The position numbers were made by a program, and so were the translations under genes. 64,000 nucleotides of DNA from assembly GCA_963727825.1 (NCBI GenBank), contig CAVSHO010000001.1:64001-128000 (forward strand), read 5' to 3'. The stretch is from Ignavibacteriota bacterium (lineage in GTDB: Bacteria; Bacteroidota; Ignavibacteria; UBA10030). The notes beneath the pieces are model-generated. The model did no database searches. It was given only the letters and a program-made list of their open reading frames with translations, and was not told the origin of the DNA. The first letter of the stretch is position 1; every line of letters begins with the position of its first letter. Of the stretch, positions 63,799-64,000 are shown one piece after another.

Positions 63799-64000
63799 AT
63801 GAAATTTAAAAAAGAATTCATCAGAACTCTGCCAAAAGTTTTGCTGCACGATCATCTTGATGGAGGCGTACGGCCGCAAACTGTAATTGAATTAGCAAAA
63901 GATCAGAAGTATAAAAAACTTCCGACTACTGATGCTGGCGAGTTGGCGGGATGGTTTCATAGAGGCGCTACTCGCGGAAGTTTATCGCTTTTCCTTGAAG
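63799..64000 (+). CDS. add: Adenosine deaminase, 3'-truncated by window edge
   Basis: My translation: MKFKKEFIRTLPKVLLHDHLDGGVRPQTVIELA...; LPKV.LHDHLDG metal-binding motif. Confidence 0.88.
   Translation, partial: MKFKKEFIRTLPKVLLHDHLDGGVRPQTVIELAKDQKYKKLPTTDAGELAGWFHRGATRGSLSLFLE

Overview
A 64 kb AT-rich bacterial window. The gene set resembles Ignavibacteria or a related Bacteroidota/Chlorobiota lineage, but that is an impression from gene content, not a computed placement. In order: (1) housekeeping genes (S46 peptidase 3' end, xerD, STAS protein, ligA, rodZ-like). (2) A 7-20.5 kb surface-glycosylation block. It has two tandem small 'MGQQQLLL' pilin-like genes, the first preceded by a sigma54-like promoter. 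Around them are a polyprenol-phosphate GT2 and five different GT-C-fold membrane glycosyltransferases, including TMTC-like and TMEM260/DUF2723-like ones. This block is my best candidate for an undescribed system. (3) A PAS kinase/NtrC pair and a perfect sigma54 promoter ahead of a ~13 kb same-strand cluster encoding a group 3b [NiFe] sulfhydrogenase plus HdrCBA-MvhDGA. (4) A convergent hypFCD-kinase-hypE cluster. (5) paaK/ACT/aminotransferase genes interrupted by a repeat-flanked four-helix-bundle gene. (6) Histidine utilisation genes split by a degenerate kinase, an NtrC regulator, SixA and a DUF355 gene. Three single-base (+1) frameshifts fall in the hydrogenase region (mvhD tail, hypD, sensor kinase). 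REP-, MITE- and heptamer-type repeats are present, some translated in frame inside hypF and hutI. No rRNA, tRNA or CRISPR array was seen. All family calls come from motif recognition by eye; no searches were run.
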